A stretch of 64,000 nt of DNA, taken from Candidatus Multivoradales bacterium (GTDB lineage: Bacteria; Acidobacteriota; Thermoanaerobaculia; Multivoradales; JAHEKO01). The translations under genes were made by a program, and so were the position numbers. Positions 1 through 9,693 of this stretch are shown piece after piece; the stretch's first letter is position 1; every line of letters begins with the position of its first letter. A model generated the notes under the pieces. It had not been told where the DNA came from. It ran no database searches and saw nothing but the letters and a program-made list of their open reading frames with translations. The DNA lies in assembly GCA_965223855.1 (NCBI GenBank), contig CBDCXM010000009.1, positions 3,162,006 through 3,226,005 of the forward strand. Reading direction: 5' to 3'.

Positions 1-892
1 TGTCCTCACGAATCGGACCACCCAGCGTGAAGCCGGCCTGGATCGACTCGCTGTCGTCCTTCGGCGCCGTCGTGCCGTCGGCCCGCTCGGCGGCGGTGGA
101 CAGGGAGTCGTTGCGCAGGAACAGGTGCGCCGAACCCTTGTAGTCGTTGGTTCCCGACTTCGTCACCACCTGCACGAAGCCTCCGGACGAGCGACCGAAC
201 TCAGCCGGCGCGCCGTCGGGAATGACGACGAACTCCTGAATCGCGTCGATGTTGAAGGTGAACGCGGGGCGCTGCCCGCCGCGCTGCTCGCCGAAGAAAG
301 GGTTGTTGAAGTCGGCGCCGTCGACGGAGACGTTGTTCTGGATCCCCTTCTGGCCGTTGATCGACAACTCCTCTCCGTCGGGCCCCTGAACGATCGCGAC
401 ACCGGGAGTCAGGCGGCTCAGATCGAGGAAGTCGCGACCGTTGTTGGCCAGCCCCTCGATGGTGTCCTGATCGATCAGCGTCGAGCTCTCGATGCGGCTG
501 GTCTCGATCAGCGGCACGGCGTCGGTGACGATGATCTCGTCACCGACCGTCGAGACCTGCAGGCTGAGATTGAGGTCGAGCGTGCGGCCGACCGACAGCT
601 GCAGACCCTCGGCCCGGGCGGTGGCAAAGCCGTCGAGCGCCGCAGTCACCACGTAGGGGCCGATCGGCAGCAGGAGGCCGCGGAAGCGACCCCGATCGTC
701 GGTCACGAGTTCCTGGCTGAAGTTCGTCGCCTGGTTGGTCAGGGTCACCGTGACGCCGGGCAGCACCGCCCCGCTCTCGTCGCTGACCGAACCCTCGATC
801 ACGCCGGTGGTCGCCTGCGACTGGGCCACCGCGAGACCGGTCGATGCCAGGCACAGAAGCACCCAGCCGGTGAAGATCCGTTTCGCCACCAT
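1..892 (-). CDS. TonB-dependent receptor, Oar-like, with N-terminal carboxypeptidase regulatory-like domain (runs off the window start)
   Basis: Manual translation from ATG 892: MVAKRIFTGWVLLCLASTGLAVAQSQATTGVIEGSVSDESGAVLPGVTVTLTNQATN...GLANNGRDFLDLSRLTPGV...SINGQKGIQNNVSVDGADFNNPFF. Signal peptide, CarboxypepD_reg-like and plug-like motifs. AGGTAGGA immediately upstream. Confidence 0.9.
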   Translation of the reverse strand, partial: MVAKRIFTGWVLLCLASTGLAVAQSQATTGVIEGSVSDESGAVLPGVTVTLTNQATNFSQELVTDDRGRFRGLLLPIGPYVVTAALDGFATARAEGLQLSVGRTLDLNLSLQVSTVGDEIIVTDAVPLIETSRIESSTLIDQDTIEGLANNGRDFLDLSRLTPGVAIVQGPDGEELSINGQKGIQNNVSVDGADFNNPFFGEQRGGQRPAFTFNIDAIQEFVVIPDGAPAEFGRSSGGFVQVVTKSGTNDYKGSAHLFLRNDSLSTAAERADGTTAPKDDSESIQAGFTLGGPIRED

Positions 893-1039
893 TCCTACCT
901 CCTGTTGTGGTTGCGAGGCCTCGCGACCCCTACATGTTGCGGTCAAACTACCACACGGTGACGAGGATGCGGCGAATCTGTGACACCGCTCGCCTCCTAC
1001 CCCTCGAGCTAGCCGACTTTGTCGGGAGGGCGGCCTGTC

Positions 1040-1792
1040 TCAGCCGGCCAGCAGGCCGCAACCGATCGCCACCAGCCAGCTGGCCAGCGAGCCGAGCAGG
1101 AAGTACTCGGTGACGTGATCGACCTGGCCGGGGTCCGCCCCCTCGTCGAGACGCACGACGCGGGAAAGCTCCGGGAAGCGCAGCACACTCTTGGCCGAGA
1201 CGACCAGCGCCGCGGCGGTCGGTTCCCCCTGCAGCATGAGGCCGAGGATGAGCCACCGCTCGAGGACGCCGATCATCCGCCCGCCGCGGAGCCGCTTCTC
1301 GGAGCGGCGCGTCCTCGTGCCGGCGGCCGCGAGCACGGTGCGGACGACGGCATTCCCGGTCGAGGCGCAGAACAGCATCATCGCCGTCACCAGGGCGAGC
1401 CGCTCGAAGCTCGCACCCGCGAGCATCGGGAACGGCGACTGCTGTGCCCACTGGTCGAGCTCCGGCCGTACCTGCGGGAAGCCGCCCGCCAGGCCGACGG
1501 CGGCGACCACGACTAGCGCGAGCCCGCCCAGGGCCCACCAGGAACCCGCCACGGTCGAGGCGCCCGAGGCGCGCGGCAGCAGCCAGACCACCATGCCGAC
1601 GACCAGCACGACGGCGAGGGTGAGCGGGCCCTCGGCGGTCGCCGTACACGCGATCGCCAGCCCGACCGGCAACACCACGGACACGAGGGCCGCCACGAGG
1701 GTGCGCCCGCTGCGGACCGGAGTGCCTCCGAGACCGCCCGCCAGCGCATCGGCGAGCCCGAGGCCGAACAGGGTCAGCGCGACCGCGATCAA
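1040..1792 (-). CDS. Multi-pass membrane protein, DUF3307-like C-terminus, coupled to SatD
   Basis: TTG start overlaps the SatD stop (TTGA). Several hydrophobic segments. C-terminal GRMIGVLER...AKSVLRFPEL...TEYFLLGSLASW resembles the usual SatD partner proteins. Confidence 0.75.
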   Translation of the reverse strand: MIAVALTLFGLGLADALAGGLGGTPVRSGRTLVAALVSVVLPVGLAIACTATAEGPLTLAVVLVVGMVVWLLPRASGASTVAGSWWALGGLALVVVAAVGLAGGFPQVRPELDQWAQQSPFPMLAGASFERLALVTAMMLFCASTGNAVVRTVLAAAGTRTRRSEKRLRGGRMIGVLERWLILGLMLQGEPTAAALVVSAKSVLRFPELSRVVRLDEGADPGQVDHVTEYFLLGSLASWLVAIGCGLLAG

Positions 1793-2439
1793 GAGGCCAT
1801 CCCGCGAAGCTCGAGATGAGCCCGATAGACGGCGCTGGCACCGTTCTCCATCTGCCTCCGGGCGACAGAGGGCTGGCGGATGCCGAGCTCCTGCGCCACG
1901 TCGACCTGCCGCTCGCCGAGCAGCAGGCCGAGGGTGACTCTCAGATCTCGCACGTCCATGCGGCCGAGCAGAGAGTCGCGACAGAGAAGGAAAGCGTTGA
2001 CCGCCCCTTCGAGCGGCTCGCCGAGGCCTGCCACCAGGGTTCGCACCGTCCGCGGCCACTGCCGTCGAGTCTCGAGCGCAGCGACGCGCTCGATCGCCTC
2101 GCGCGCCGCCCACCAGGCAGAGCCGCTCTGCCCCATCGGCGCCCGCTGAGGATCGTAGGCGGTGATCTCGCCCCAGCCGACGCCGAACCTGACGTCGTGG
2201 CGGCCGGCGAGCCGGAGGCGCACATGAAGCGCGGCGTCGAGCGCGGCGGCGACGGTAGCGTAGCTACCCTGAAACTCGTCGCCGACCGTCTGGCTGAGCG
2301 GTTGGAGGCCGCTGACCTGATCGTTGGCCGAGTCGAGCGCCTCCCTCACCTCTCGCAGCAACTCGACCTGGTCAGGGTGTCGGCGCGAGACGACGACGTC
2401 GCCGATCAGGGCCGCCTGAAGCTGGTCCGGAGCGGGCAT
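1789..2439 (-). CDS. SatD family protein (nucleotide-cyclase/mCpol-like palm plus C-terminal HTH)
   Basis: Motifs ALIGDVVVSR, TVGDEFQG, VRFGVGWG, GSAWWAAREAI, and HTH QVDVAQELGIRQPSVARR. Confidence 0.85.
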   Translation of the reverse strand: MPAPDQLQAALIGDVVVSRRHPDQVELLREVREALDSANDQVSGLQPLSQTVGDEFQGSYATVAAALDAALHVRLRLAGRHDVRFGVGWGEITAYDPQRAPMGQSGSAWWAAREAIERVAALETRRQWPRTVRTLVAGLGEPLEGAVNAFLLCRDSLLGRMDVRDLRVTLGLLLGERQVDVAQELGIRQPSVARRQMENGASAVYRAHLELRGMAS

Positions 2440-2445
2440 GATCAA

Positions 2446-2493
2446 ATTATAGCCTCAAGGGCGATATTTTGTCGATATAGCCTCAAAAGCGAT
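2446..2493 (-). promoter_or_regulatory. sigma70-like promoter (TCGACA-18-TATAAT) overlapped by an 18-bp direct repeat, probable operator
   Basis: TATAAT on the minus strand at 2451-2446, 6 nt before ATG 2439. Repeats TATAGCCTCAAGGGCGAT (2448-2465) and TATAGCCTCAAAAGCGAT (2476-2493). Confidence 0.7.
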
Positions 2494-2496
2494 TTC

Positions 2497-3072
2497 TCAG
2501 GAGTCCCGACGCTCGCTCGATCTCAGCCTCTCCACCCAGGCAACCAGAGCGGCGAGGAATCGCTCCAGGTGCTCCGCCGTCCCGCTGTCGATCAGCTTGC
2601 CCTCGTCGTCGAACACCGAGCCGGCACCGCGAATCAGGAGCTGCGGCTGCGGCATCACCAGCGCGTTGAGCGCCGTCAGTGACTGACGCAACTGGTACTG
2701 CGCGGCGCGGGTGCCGAACGCTCCCGGCGTCGCGCCGGCCACCCCTACCGGCTTGCCGTCGAACGGGTGCGGCCGCGGCGGTCGGCTCAGCCAGTCGATG
2801 GCGTTCTTCAGCACTCCCGGCACACCGTGGTTGTACTCCGGGGTCGCGATCAGCACTCCGTCGGCCCGCTCGATCTCGGCCCGCAAGGCCGCCACGCCCT
2901 CGGGAATCCCCTCCGCCTCTACGTCCTGGTCGAAGAGCGGCACACCTTCGAGACCGACGACACCGAGTTCGACGGCAGCGTCGACTCCTCCGATCCTCGC
3001 CCGAGCCTCCTCGAGCAAGGCCCGATGAATCGACTGCCTCCGCAGACTGCCTACCATCCCGACGATCTTCAT
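2497..3072 (-). CDS. NADPH-dependent FMN reductase (ChrR/SsuE-like)
   Basis: MKIVGMVGSLRRQS...ADGVLIATPEYNHGVPGVLKNAIDWLSR...KPVGVAGAT motifs. Confidence 0.92.
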   Translation of the reverse strand: MKIVGMVGSLRRQSIHRALLEEARARIGGVDAAVELGVVGLEGVPLFDQDVEAEGIPEGVAALRAEIERADGVLIATPEYNHGVPGVLKNAIDWLSRPPRPHPFDGKPVGVAGATPGAFGTRAAQYQLRQSLTALNALVMPQPQLLIRGAGSVFDDEGKLIDSGTAEHLERFLAALVAWVERLRSSERRDS

Positions 3073-3198
3073 CGCTACCTGTCCTCCTTCAACAGGCCCC
3101 TTCGACAGGGTGCCTGCAGCATGCTCTTTCGACCTGGCGATCGTTCCCGATCGACCGCTACGATGCCACAACCCACTCGCACCACCCCGGGAGATCTC

Positions 3199-4137
3199 AT
3201 GTCCCCCTCGATCGACGGCCTCCACCACGTCACCGCCATCGCCTCCGACCCGCAGCGCAACCTCGACTTCTACGTCGGCATCCTCGGCCTGCGACTCGTC
3301 AAGCGGACCGTCAACTTCGACGATCCGTCGACCTATCACTTCTACTACGGTGACTCCCTCGGCCGGCCGGGCACGATCCTCACCTTCTTCCCCTGGCCGC
3401 TGGCGCGCCGCGGCACCCACGGCTCCGGTCAGACTACCGCGACCGCTCTCGCCGTCCCGAACGGCTCTCTCACCACGTGGCACCGACACCTAGTCGACCA
3501 CGGCGTCGAAGTAGGAGAGACCTCTCGAGAGAAGCTCGAAGCCGCCGAGGGTCGGCTCACCCTGCGCGACCCGGACGGCATGACGCTCGAACTGCACGCC
3601 GTGGCCTCTCCCGCCGAATCGCAGGCGGCCGAGGGCGCTCCGGCGATCGTCGGCCTCCACGGCGCCACCGTCACCCTCCAGGAGAGCGCCGAAACCGAGC
3701 GACTTCTCTCGGAGGTCTTCGGTTTCGAACGCCGGGAAGGGGCGGGTCTCGTCCGCTACCGGTCGAGGCCCGACGCCGGACTCGCTGCGACGCTCGAGCT
3801 CCGGACCACGCCGGACCTACCCCCCGGCCGCATCTCGGCCGGCAGCGTGCACCACATCGCCTGGCGTGTGCCCGATCGCGAGGCGCTCGACGCCTGGCGC
3901 AGGCGAGTCACCGAAGCCGGGCTGTTTGCGACCGAAGTTCTCGACCGCCGCTACTTCGAGTCGATCTATTTCAGGGAACCTGGCGGAGTGCTGTTCGAGC
4001 TCGCCACCGAGGGCCCGGGCTTCGATCGCGACGAGGCGCCGGCCGAGCTCGGCCGGGCGCTGCAACTGCCGCCGTGGCTCGAAGAGCGGCGATCGGAGAT
4101 CGAGCGGCGCCTGCCGGAGATCCGACTACCAGGGTAG
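3199..4137 (+). CDS. Ring-cleaving dioxygenase / glyoxalase (MhqO-like VOC family)
   Basis: GLHHVTAIASD...LVKRTVNFDDPSTYHFYYGD...GSVHHIAWRV...DRRYFESIYFREPGGVLFELATEGPGF. Confidence 0.92.
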   Translation: MSPSIDGLHHVTAIASDPQRNLDFYVGILGLRLVKRTVNFDDPSTYHFYYGDSLGRPGTILTFFPWPLARRGTHGSGQTTATALAVPNGSLTTWHRHLVDHGVEVGETSREKLEAAEGRLTLRDPDGMTLELHAVASPAESQAAEGAPAIVGLHGATVTLQESAETERLLSEVFGFERREGAGLVRYRSRPDAGLAATLELRTTPDLPPGRISAGSVHHIAWRVPDREALDAWRRRVTEAGLFATEVLDRRYFESIYFREPGGVLFELATEGPGFDRDEAPAELGRALQLPPWLEERRSEIERRLPEIRLPG

Positions 4138-4172
4138 CCGCCACCCTCGGTGACGCCGGAAAGGACGCCGAC

Positions 4173-4874
4173 TCAGGGAACCGTCGCCGACCACGCCGAG
4201 GAGTCTCCGCTCTCGAAGCCGTCGGCGAAGATCGTCGTCAGAGGACGGATCTGCACCGCGTTGAGAGCCGCTCCGAGACCGGCGTTCGCACCCGGGACGA
4301 TTCCGGAGTGCAGGTTGAGGATGCCGTCCGCCTGCACGAGAGCAAGGTGGCGGGAGTACGTGACGAGCTCCTCGTGCATGCCGCCCCAGGGGCCGCCGAC
4401 GATGTAATGCGGCAGCCCCGGTTCCTGATCGGCGACCGTGTAGCTGAAGACGGTCGGTTGGCTCGGCATCCAGCCGTAGATCAGGACCTCGTACGGCCCC
4501 GGCTCCAGGTTCTCGAAGAAGAGGCAGGTCTCGACGGCCGCCGAGAACGTGACCAGATAGTCGTCCAGCAGCAGCCCGTCCTCCCCGAGCGTGCCGGGAT
4601 CATCCACCGTCCGGTTGTCGGTGCCGCCCAGTTGCCGCACGCTGACGTCGGTCACCACGCCGTCGACGTCGAGCAGGTCGGTCGTCGTCGAGCCGTGCGG
4701 TGCCAGCAGCCCGATCCACACTCCGGCCCGTCCCGCGGCGGCATAGTGGGCCGGAGGGACTTCGTCGGCAGGGCCGAAATCGATGTTGAACGCCTGCCCC
4801 TGAACGACCGCAGCCGTGAGCGCACCCAGAAACCCGATCGCCAGGGTCCGTCGACCTTTCCGTAGTTGGGACAT
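4173..4874 (-). CDS. Secreted protein with C-terminal IFADGFESGDSSAWS tag
   Basis: Signal peptide (RRTLAIGFLGALTAAVVQGQA); ends TTIFADGFESGDSSAWSATVP. Confidence 0.8.
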   Translation of the reverse strand: MSQLRKGRRTLAIGFLGALTAAVVQGQAFNIDFGPADEVPPAHYAAAGRAGVWIGLLAPHGSTTTDLLDVDGVVTDVSVRQLGGTDNRTVDDPGTLGEDGLLLDDYLVTFSAAVETCLFFENLEPGPYEVLIYGWMPSQPTVFSYTVADQEPGLPHYIVGGPWGGMHEELVTYSRHLALVQADGILNLHSGIVPGANAGLGAALNAVQIRPLTTIFADGFESGDSSAWSATVP

Positions 4875-4909
4875 CGAGTCCAATGATAGCCGCCGCGGAC
4901 CGGCCGGCG

Positions 4910-6535
4910 TCAGGGTGCCCCGGACGCGCCGCTCTCGCCACCCGGATTCCCGACGAGCTGTCTCGTCAGCACCGCCGCCATCCGGTCGGCCATGAGGCGC
5001 TGGCCGAACGAGGTCAGGTGCACCTTGTCCCACCACAGCAGGCCGAGTTGCTGCCGCCCGGCGAGATAGGAGTGCATCGCCACGACCGGTACGTCGTAGG
5101 TCTCTGCGATCGCCCGCATCTCGCGATGGCGGGCTCCGAGTCCGCGGTCCGCCGCCATCGGTGAATTCGCTTCCTGCACCAGCACGACCCGGGCTCCGCG
5201 ACCGAGACTGCGCGAAACCATGCGCTGCAACGGCTCATGGAAACTCGACTGCCGGTCGTTGCTCCCGAGGTTGATCACGATCATGTCGGGCCGGTAGGCG
5301 AAGAGGTGCTCTCCGAGAAGCGTCGCGACGTCCCACGCCTTGAACCCCGACACGCCGCCGTTCATGCATTCGACGTCGAGTCCGTGACGATCTCGTAAGA
5401 GGATCTCCGTCTGCCGCACCCAGGTGTCCCCCTCCGCGGCCGCTCCGGCTCCCCAGGTCTGCGAGCCGCCGACGAAGAGGACCTTCCACGGCCCCCCGTT
5501 ACCACCCTCCTGCCTGAGAGGCCCCGTCGCGGCCACGTCCGAACCGCGCGGATCGACGCCGCCGGGAGGCGGGCCGTGGCGATCCAGCAGTTCTGCCAGA
5601 ACCGCATCCTTCTCCCCCTTGCGGAAGTAGTCCTCCGCCTCGCGAAGGGCATCGTCGAGCCGCGGGTATCGGTACGCCCACCGATCGGCGAACGCGAAGG
5701 CGACGATCGAAACGAGCAGGAGCAGGAAGCTCCCGTAGATCGCCGCCAACCCTCGGCGCCGCGCCGAGGCTGGAGAGCCCAGCGCGAGCAGCAGGAGCGT
5801 CGGCAGAGCGACCCATGCGAGAAGCACTCCCGCGATTCGCTGCGTGCTCGAGGGCCCGTCGAACCCCTCGCGCCAGACCTCGCCGGCGTTGGCGACTTCG
5901 ACAGCTCTCACTCGCACCCTCCTGTGCCCTGAACGCAGCGCGACCGACACGCCTGCCGGGAGCGGTCCGCTTGCTTCGTAGGCCACGGCACCGTCGATTC
6001 GAAGCTCGTAGCCGGTCGCCGTTCTCAGGAGGTGCGCCACGTGACGGCCGGCTTCGAGCTGAGCCGCGGTTAGCGGTCGCGACGCGAGGAACTCGCCGTC
6101 ACTCCCCACCTCCACTCGAGTCGACTCCCGTGCGGGCAGCGCGGAGAGCAGCCACCCGGTCGCGCTCGGAGCGTCGTCGGCATGAAGCCGCAGCAGCAGC
6201 CAGGATTGCGGGTCGAGGTCGAACTCCACACGCACCTCTTCGAGGTCGGCGAAGGTGCGGCGGGTCCGGACCTCGTTGAAGCCGTGCCATGCCGAAAGGT
6301 CGAGTTCGCCACCCGCGAGTGCCCGCCTCTCGGTGACGAACGCCCACGCTCCGATGACTCCGCGCTCGAGCTCCGTCTTGGTCGAGACCCACCGCTCACC
6401 GGCGAGGAGTGTGTTGCCGGCGCCCCTCCACGCTCTCGCGACCAGCCACGCGGCCGGCAGCTGGAGCGCCAGGCAGGCGGCCACGGTCCACGCCAGTCTC
6501 CGGCGCAGCTGCCGACCGTTGGAAGCCAAGCTCAT
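4910..6535 (-). CDS. Membrane-anchored SGNH/GDSL hydrolase
   Basis: C-terminal VLFVGGSQTWG, NGGVSG, INLGSND and WDKVHL blocks; TM segments. Confidence 0.8.
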   Translation of the reverse strand: MSLASNGRQLRRRLAWTVAACLALQLPAAWLVARAWRGAGNTLLAGERWVSTKTELERGVIGAWAFVTERRALAGGELDLSAWHGFNEVRTRRTFADLEEVRVEFDLDPQSWLLLRLHADDAPSATGWLLSALPARESTRVEVGSDGEFLASRPLTAAQLEAGRHVAHLLRTATGYELRIDGAVAYEASGPLPAGVSVALRSGHRRVRVRAVEVANAGEVWREGFDGPSSTQRIAGVLLAWVALPTLLLLALGSPASARRRGLAAIYGSFLLLLVSIVAFAFADRWAYRYPRLDDALREAEDYFRKGEKDAVLAELLDRHGPPPGGVDPRGSDVAATGPLRQEGGNGGPWKVLFVGGSQTWGAGAAAEGDTWVRQTEILLRDRHGLDVECMNGGVSGFKAWDVATLLGEHLFAYRPDMIVINLGSNDRQSSFHEPLQRMVSRSLGRGARVVLVQEANSPMAADRGLGARHREMRAIAETYDVPVVAMHSYLAGRQQLGLLWWDKVHLTSFGQRLMADRMAAVLTRQLVGNPGGESGASGAP

Positions 6536-6640
6536 CGTTTCTTCGACCTTCCCGCCGTCCGGTCTTGAGGAATGGGAACCAGGATCGTACTACCCGCTTC
6601 ACCGGCACCTTAGAATCGGCGGCCAACCCGGAGACCGCCG

Positions 6641-7963
6641 ATGCGATCGATGATTCAGAAGTTCCTCCGCCTCGAGGCCGCCAGCGGCCTCCTTCTCATG
6701 GCTGCGGCCCTCCTCGCCCTCCTGTGCGAGAACTCACCCGTGGCGTGGCTCTACGACCGCCTTCTCGACATGCCGATGGAAGTGCAGATCGGCGCCCTGG
6801 AGATCCGCAAGCCGCTCCTGCTGTGGATCAACGACGGGCTGATGGCGGTCTTCTTCCTGCTCGTCGGCCTCGAGATCAAGCGGGAGGTGCTCGAAGGCGA
6901 GCTCTCGACCCGGGCGCAGGCCACGCTGCCGATCCTCGCGGCGATCGGCGGCATGGTGGCGCCGGCCCTCGTCTTCGTCGCCATCAACCAGGGAACGCCG
7001 GAGAACCTCCGCGGATGGGCGATCCCGGCGGCGACCGACATCGCTTTCGCACTCGGCATCCTCAAGCTGGTCGGCAACCGGGTCCCGTTGTCGGTGAAGG
7101 TCTTCCTCACCGCTCTGGCCATCATCGACGACCTCGGGGCGATCGTCATCATCGCGGCCTTCTACACCAGCAAGCTGTCCCTGCTGTCGCTCGGAGCCGC
7201 CGCGATCTTCGTCCTCGGCCTCATCGCGCTCAACCGGCGCGGGGTCACGTCGTACGCACCGTACGTCCTGCTCGGCATCGCGCTGTGGGTCTGCGTCCTC
7301 AAGTCAGGCGTCCACGCGACCCTTGCCGGGGTCGTCCTCGCCTTCGCGATACCGCTGCGCATCGAGGGCAGCGACGAGAGCCCGTTGAAACGGATGGAGC
7401 ATCAGCTCCACGGCTGGGTCGCCTTCCTCGTGATGCCGGTCTTCGCGTTCGCGAACGCCGGTGTCTCGCTCGCCGGCTTCTCGTTCCGCGACCTCCTCGA
7501 GCCCCTGCCGCTCGGAATCGCGGCGGGGCTCTTCGTCGGCAAGCAGGTCGGCGTCTTCCTGATGACCGCGCTGGGCGTCGCCACCGGCATCGCCCGGCGT
7601 CCTGCCGGCGCCTCGTGGCTCCAGCTCTACGGCGCTTCGCTTCTCGCCGGCGTCGGCTTCACCATGAGCCTCTTCATCGGCACCCTCGCTTTCGAAGGAG
7701 TCGACCAGGCCGCCGCGGTGCGCATCGGCGTGTTGAGCGGCTCGCTGGTCTGCGGGCTGCTCGGGTATGCCGTGATGAGGACGGCGCCCGCGGCGGAGGC
7801 ACCCGGTTCCCCGAGACCGGATGAGGCACCACAGCCGGTCGAAACACTGCTGCTCTGGCGTACGCGTGCTCGGTCTCAGGCGGCAGCGACCGCCGCACGC
7901 GCCTCGTCGAACAGCTCCGCCTCCCCCGTGGGCTCGGGAGCGACCTCGAGCAGCCTCCGGTAG
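6641..7963 (+). CDS. nhaA: Na+/H+ antiporter NhaA
   Basis: WINDGLMAVFFLLVGLEIKRE, GWAIPAATDIAFALG, LAIIDDLGAI and GVGFTMSLFI motifs. Confidence 0.95.
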   Translation: MRSMIQKFLRLEAASGLLLMAAALLALLCENSPVAWLYDRLLDMPMEVQIGALEIRKPLLLWINDGLMAVFFLLVGLEIKREVLEGELSTRAQATLPILAAIGGMVAPALVFVAINQGTPENLRGWAIPAATDIAFALGILKLVGNRVPLSVKVFLTALAIIDDLGAIVIIAAFYTSKLSLLSLGAAAIFVLGLIALNRRGVTSYAPYVLLGIALWVCVLKSGVHATLAGVVLAFAIPLRIEGSDESPLKRMEHQLHGWVAFLVMPVFAFANAGVSLAGFSFRDLLEPLPLGIAAGLFVGKQVGVFLMTALGVATGIARRPAGASWLQLYGASLLAGVGFTMSLFIGTLAFEGVDQAAAVRIGVLSGSLVCGLLGYAVMRTAPAAEAPGSPRPDEAPQPVETLLLWRTRARSQAAATAARASSNSSASPVGSGATSSSLR

Positions 7964-9567
7964 TAGCCGACGGCCGCCTCCCGGTCGCCGGCCCCCGCGG
8001 CGGCACGAGCCGCGCCCACGAGGCTGTTCAGCCGGTTCGGCGACCGCGCCAGTGCACCCTCGTACTCGGCGAGGGCCTCGGCGAACCGCTCCTCGGCCAG
8101 CAGCATGTCACCGTAGAGCTCGCGCGCCGGCAGCACCTCACCGGGGGTGACCGGGTTCTTCTCCGTCGAAGCTTCCATCCCGGCCGCCTCGGCCATCCTC
8201 TCCAGTCCGCGCTCGGTGTCGCCCTGTTCGTAGGCGAGCCACGCCTCCACCCCGGCCTTCTGGATCGTCACCTGAATCCCCCAGTCGTAGGCGCCCGGCA
8301 GTGCGGCCGCTCCCTGCTCCAGCTCACCGAGAAGGGCGATCGCCTGTTCGGCTGCCTCCGAGCTGCCGGTACGCGCCGCTCCAAGACCGCGAGCGAAGAC
8401 GGTGATCGCCTCGAGATGAGGGAACGAATCCCAGGCGAGATCCGCCGGCGACCGCTCCGGCAGGCCGGCAGCCGCTTCCCACCGCTGCCGCTCGAGCAGC
8501 AGCCGCACCGGAACCGCCGCAAACGCATACACCGTTCCGGCATGACTCTGGTACGGCGGCTCGAGCGACTCGACCTCAGAAAGAACGGTCCGCGCTGCCT
8601 CGTCGTCTCCGCGCTGGAGGTGGGCGTAGGCGAGGTAGTCGTAGGCGTGGAGGCGGTGCATCGAGATCGCGCCCGAGGGCAGCCTCTCGCGAGCGGCCTG
8701 CTCCGCCCTCCGATTGAAGTCGATCGACTCCGGCCACAGGCCGAGCCGAGTGAAGATGTGGCTCGTCATGTGAAGCGCGTGCGAGTTCTCGGGCGAAACC
8801 GCGCCGTAGCTGCGCGCCACCGGTAGCGCCTCCGTGGCCAGCGCCGGCAGGTCGTAGGCGTGGATCACGTAGTGGTGGGCGCCGGGATGGTTGGGAAGGT
8901 CGGCGAGCACCTGCTGTGCCAGCGCGCCGCCCCGACGCTGCTTCTCCAGGGTCGTGTCCGCCGGGTCGGCGGTCGCGATCGTCGCCAGGGCGTAAAAGAG
9001 GGCAGCCTCCGGGTCGGACGGGAACGCCTCGTGAGCCTCGCGCCACCCCTCCATGAAGGCGGCCAGCCGGTCTCCTTCCGCGACCCCCTCGCCTTCTCCA
9101 TAGTAGGCGGCGAGGGCCTCGATATAGGCGTCGTCGGCGGCGCTGCGATGGGCCGCGCCACGGGCGCTCTCGAGATGATCGAGGCCGGCGGCCAGGCGCT
9201 CGGCGGGCACGACGTCCGGCCACAGTGGGTGGACATAGGTCATCGCCATGCCCCAGTAGGCGAGCGCGCACTCCGCGTCGGCGGCGGCCGCCGCCTCGAA
9301 GGAGGCGTGAGCTCCGGCGTAGGTCATGTTGTGGAGGAGCGCCATCCCTTCCCGCAACCGGTCCTGGGCCTCTGCTTCGCACTGGCTGTCGAGAGCCACC
9401 TCGCCCAGTGACTGTCCGTCGGCCGTCACCACCTGTGTCCCTGCTGCGTAGGTGGGAGTTGCGGCGGCGGACTCCTCGGCAGGAGCTTCCGGCTGGGCGC
9501 AGCCGATCACGGCGACGACCAGTAGCGTCGTCGCCAGGACGGAAAGAGACCGGGTTCCTCGACTCAT
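7876..9567 (-). CDS. TPR-repeat lipoprotein
   Basis: Lipobox-like VIGC; PNHPGAHHYVIHAYD, HALHMTSHIFTRLGLW and PARELYGDMLL motifs. Start chosen at MSRGTRS after a GAGGAGG RBS. Confidence 0.8.
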   Translation of the reverse strand: MSRGTRSLSVLATTLLVVAVIGCAQPEAPAEESAAATPTYAAGTQVVTADGQSLGEVALDSQCEAEAQDRLREGMALLHNMTYAGAHASFEAAAAADAECALAYWGMAMTYVHPLWPDVVPAERLAAGLDHLESARGAAHRSAADDAYIEALAAYYGEGEGVAEGDRLAAFMEGWREAHEAFPSDPEAALFYALATIATADPADTTLEKQRRGGALAQQVLADLPNHPGAHHYVIHAYDLPALATEALPVARSYGAVSPENSHALHMTSHIFTRLGLWPESIDFNRRAEQAARERLPSGAISMHRLHAYDYLAYAHLQRGDDEAARTVLSEVESLEPPYQSHAGTVYAFAAVPVRLLLERQRWEAAAGLPERSPADLAWDSFPHLEAITVFARGLGAARTGSSEAAEQAIALLGELEQGAAALPGAYDWGIQVTIQKAGVEAWLAYEQGDTERGLERMAEAAGMEASTEKNPVTPGEVLPARELYGDMLLAEERFAEALAEYEGALARSPNRLNSLVGAARAAAGAGDREAAVGYYRRLLEVAPEPTGEAELFDEARAAVAAA

Positions 9568-9693
9568 GGCAACCTCCTCGAACTGTTGCTGGATCCTCGC
9601 AAGTCTAGCCGACCGGCTCCCGGCGGACCGCTTCTCGAGACCGAAGCGATCCACGAGGCTGACAACGGCTCGCCCGTCGCTGTAGCTTCGGGC

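Noticed and set aside
7876-7963. 88-bp convergent overlap of nhaA and the TPR gene
   Set aside because: Run-on C-terminal tails are common in high-GC genomes; no sign of function.
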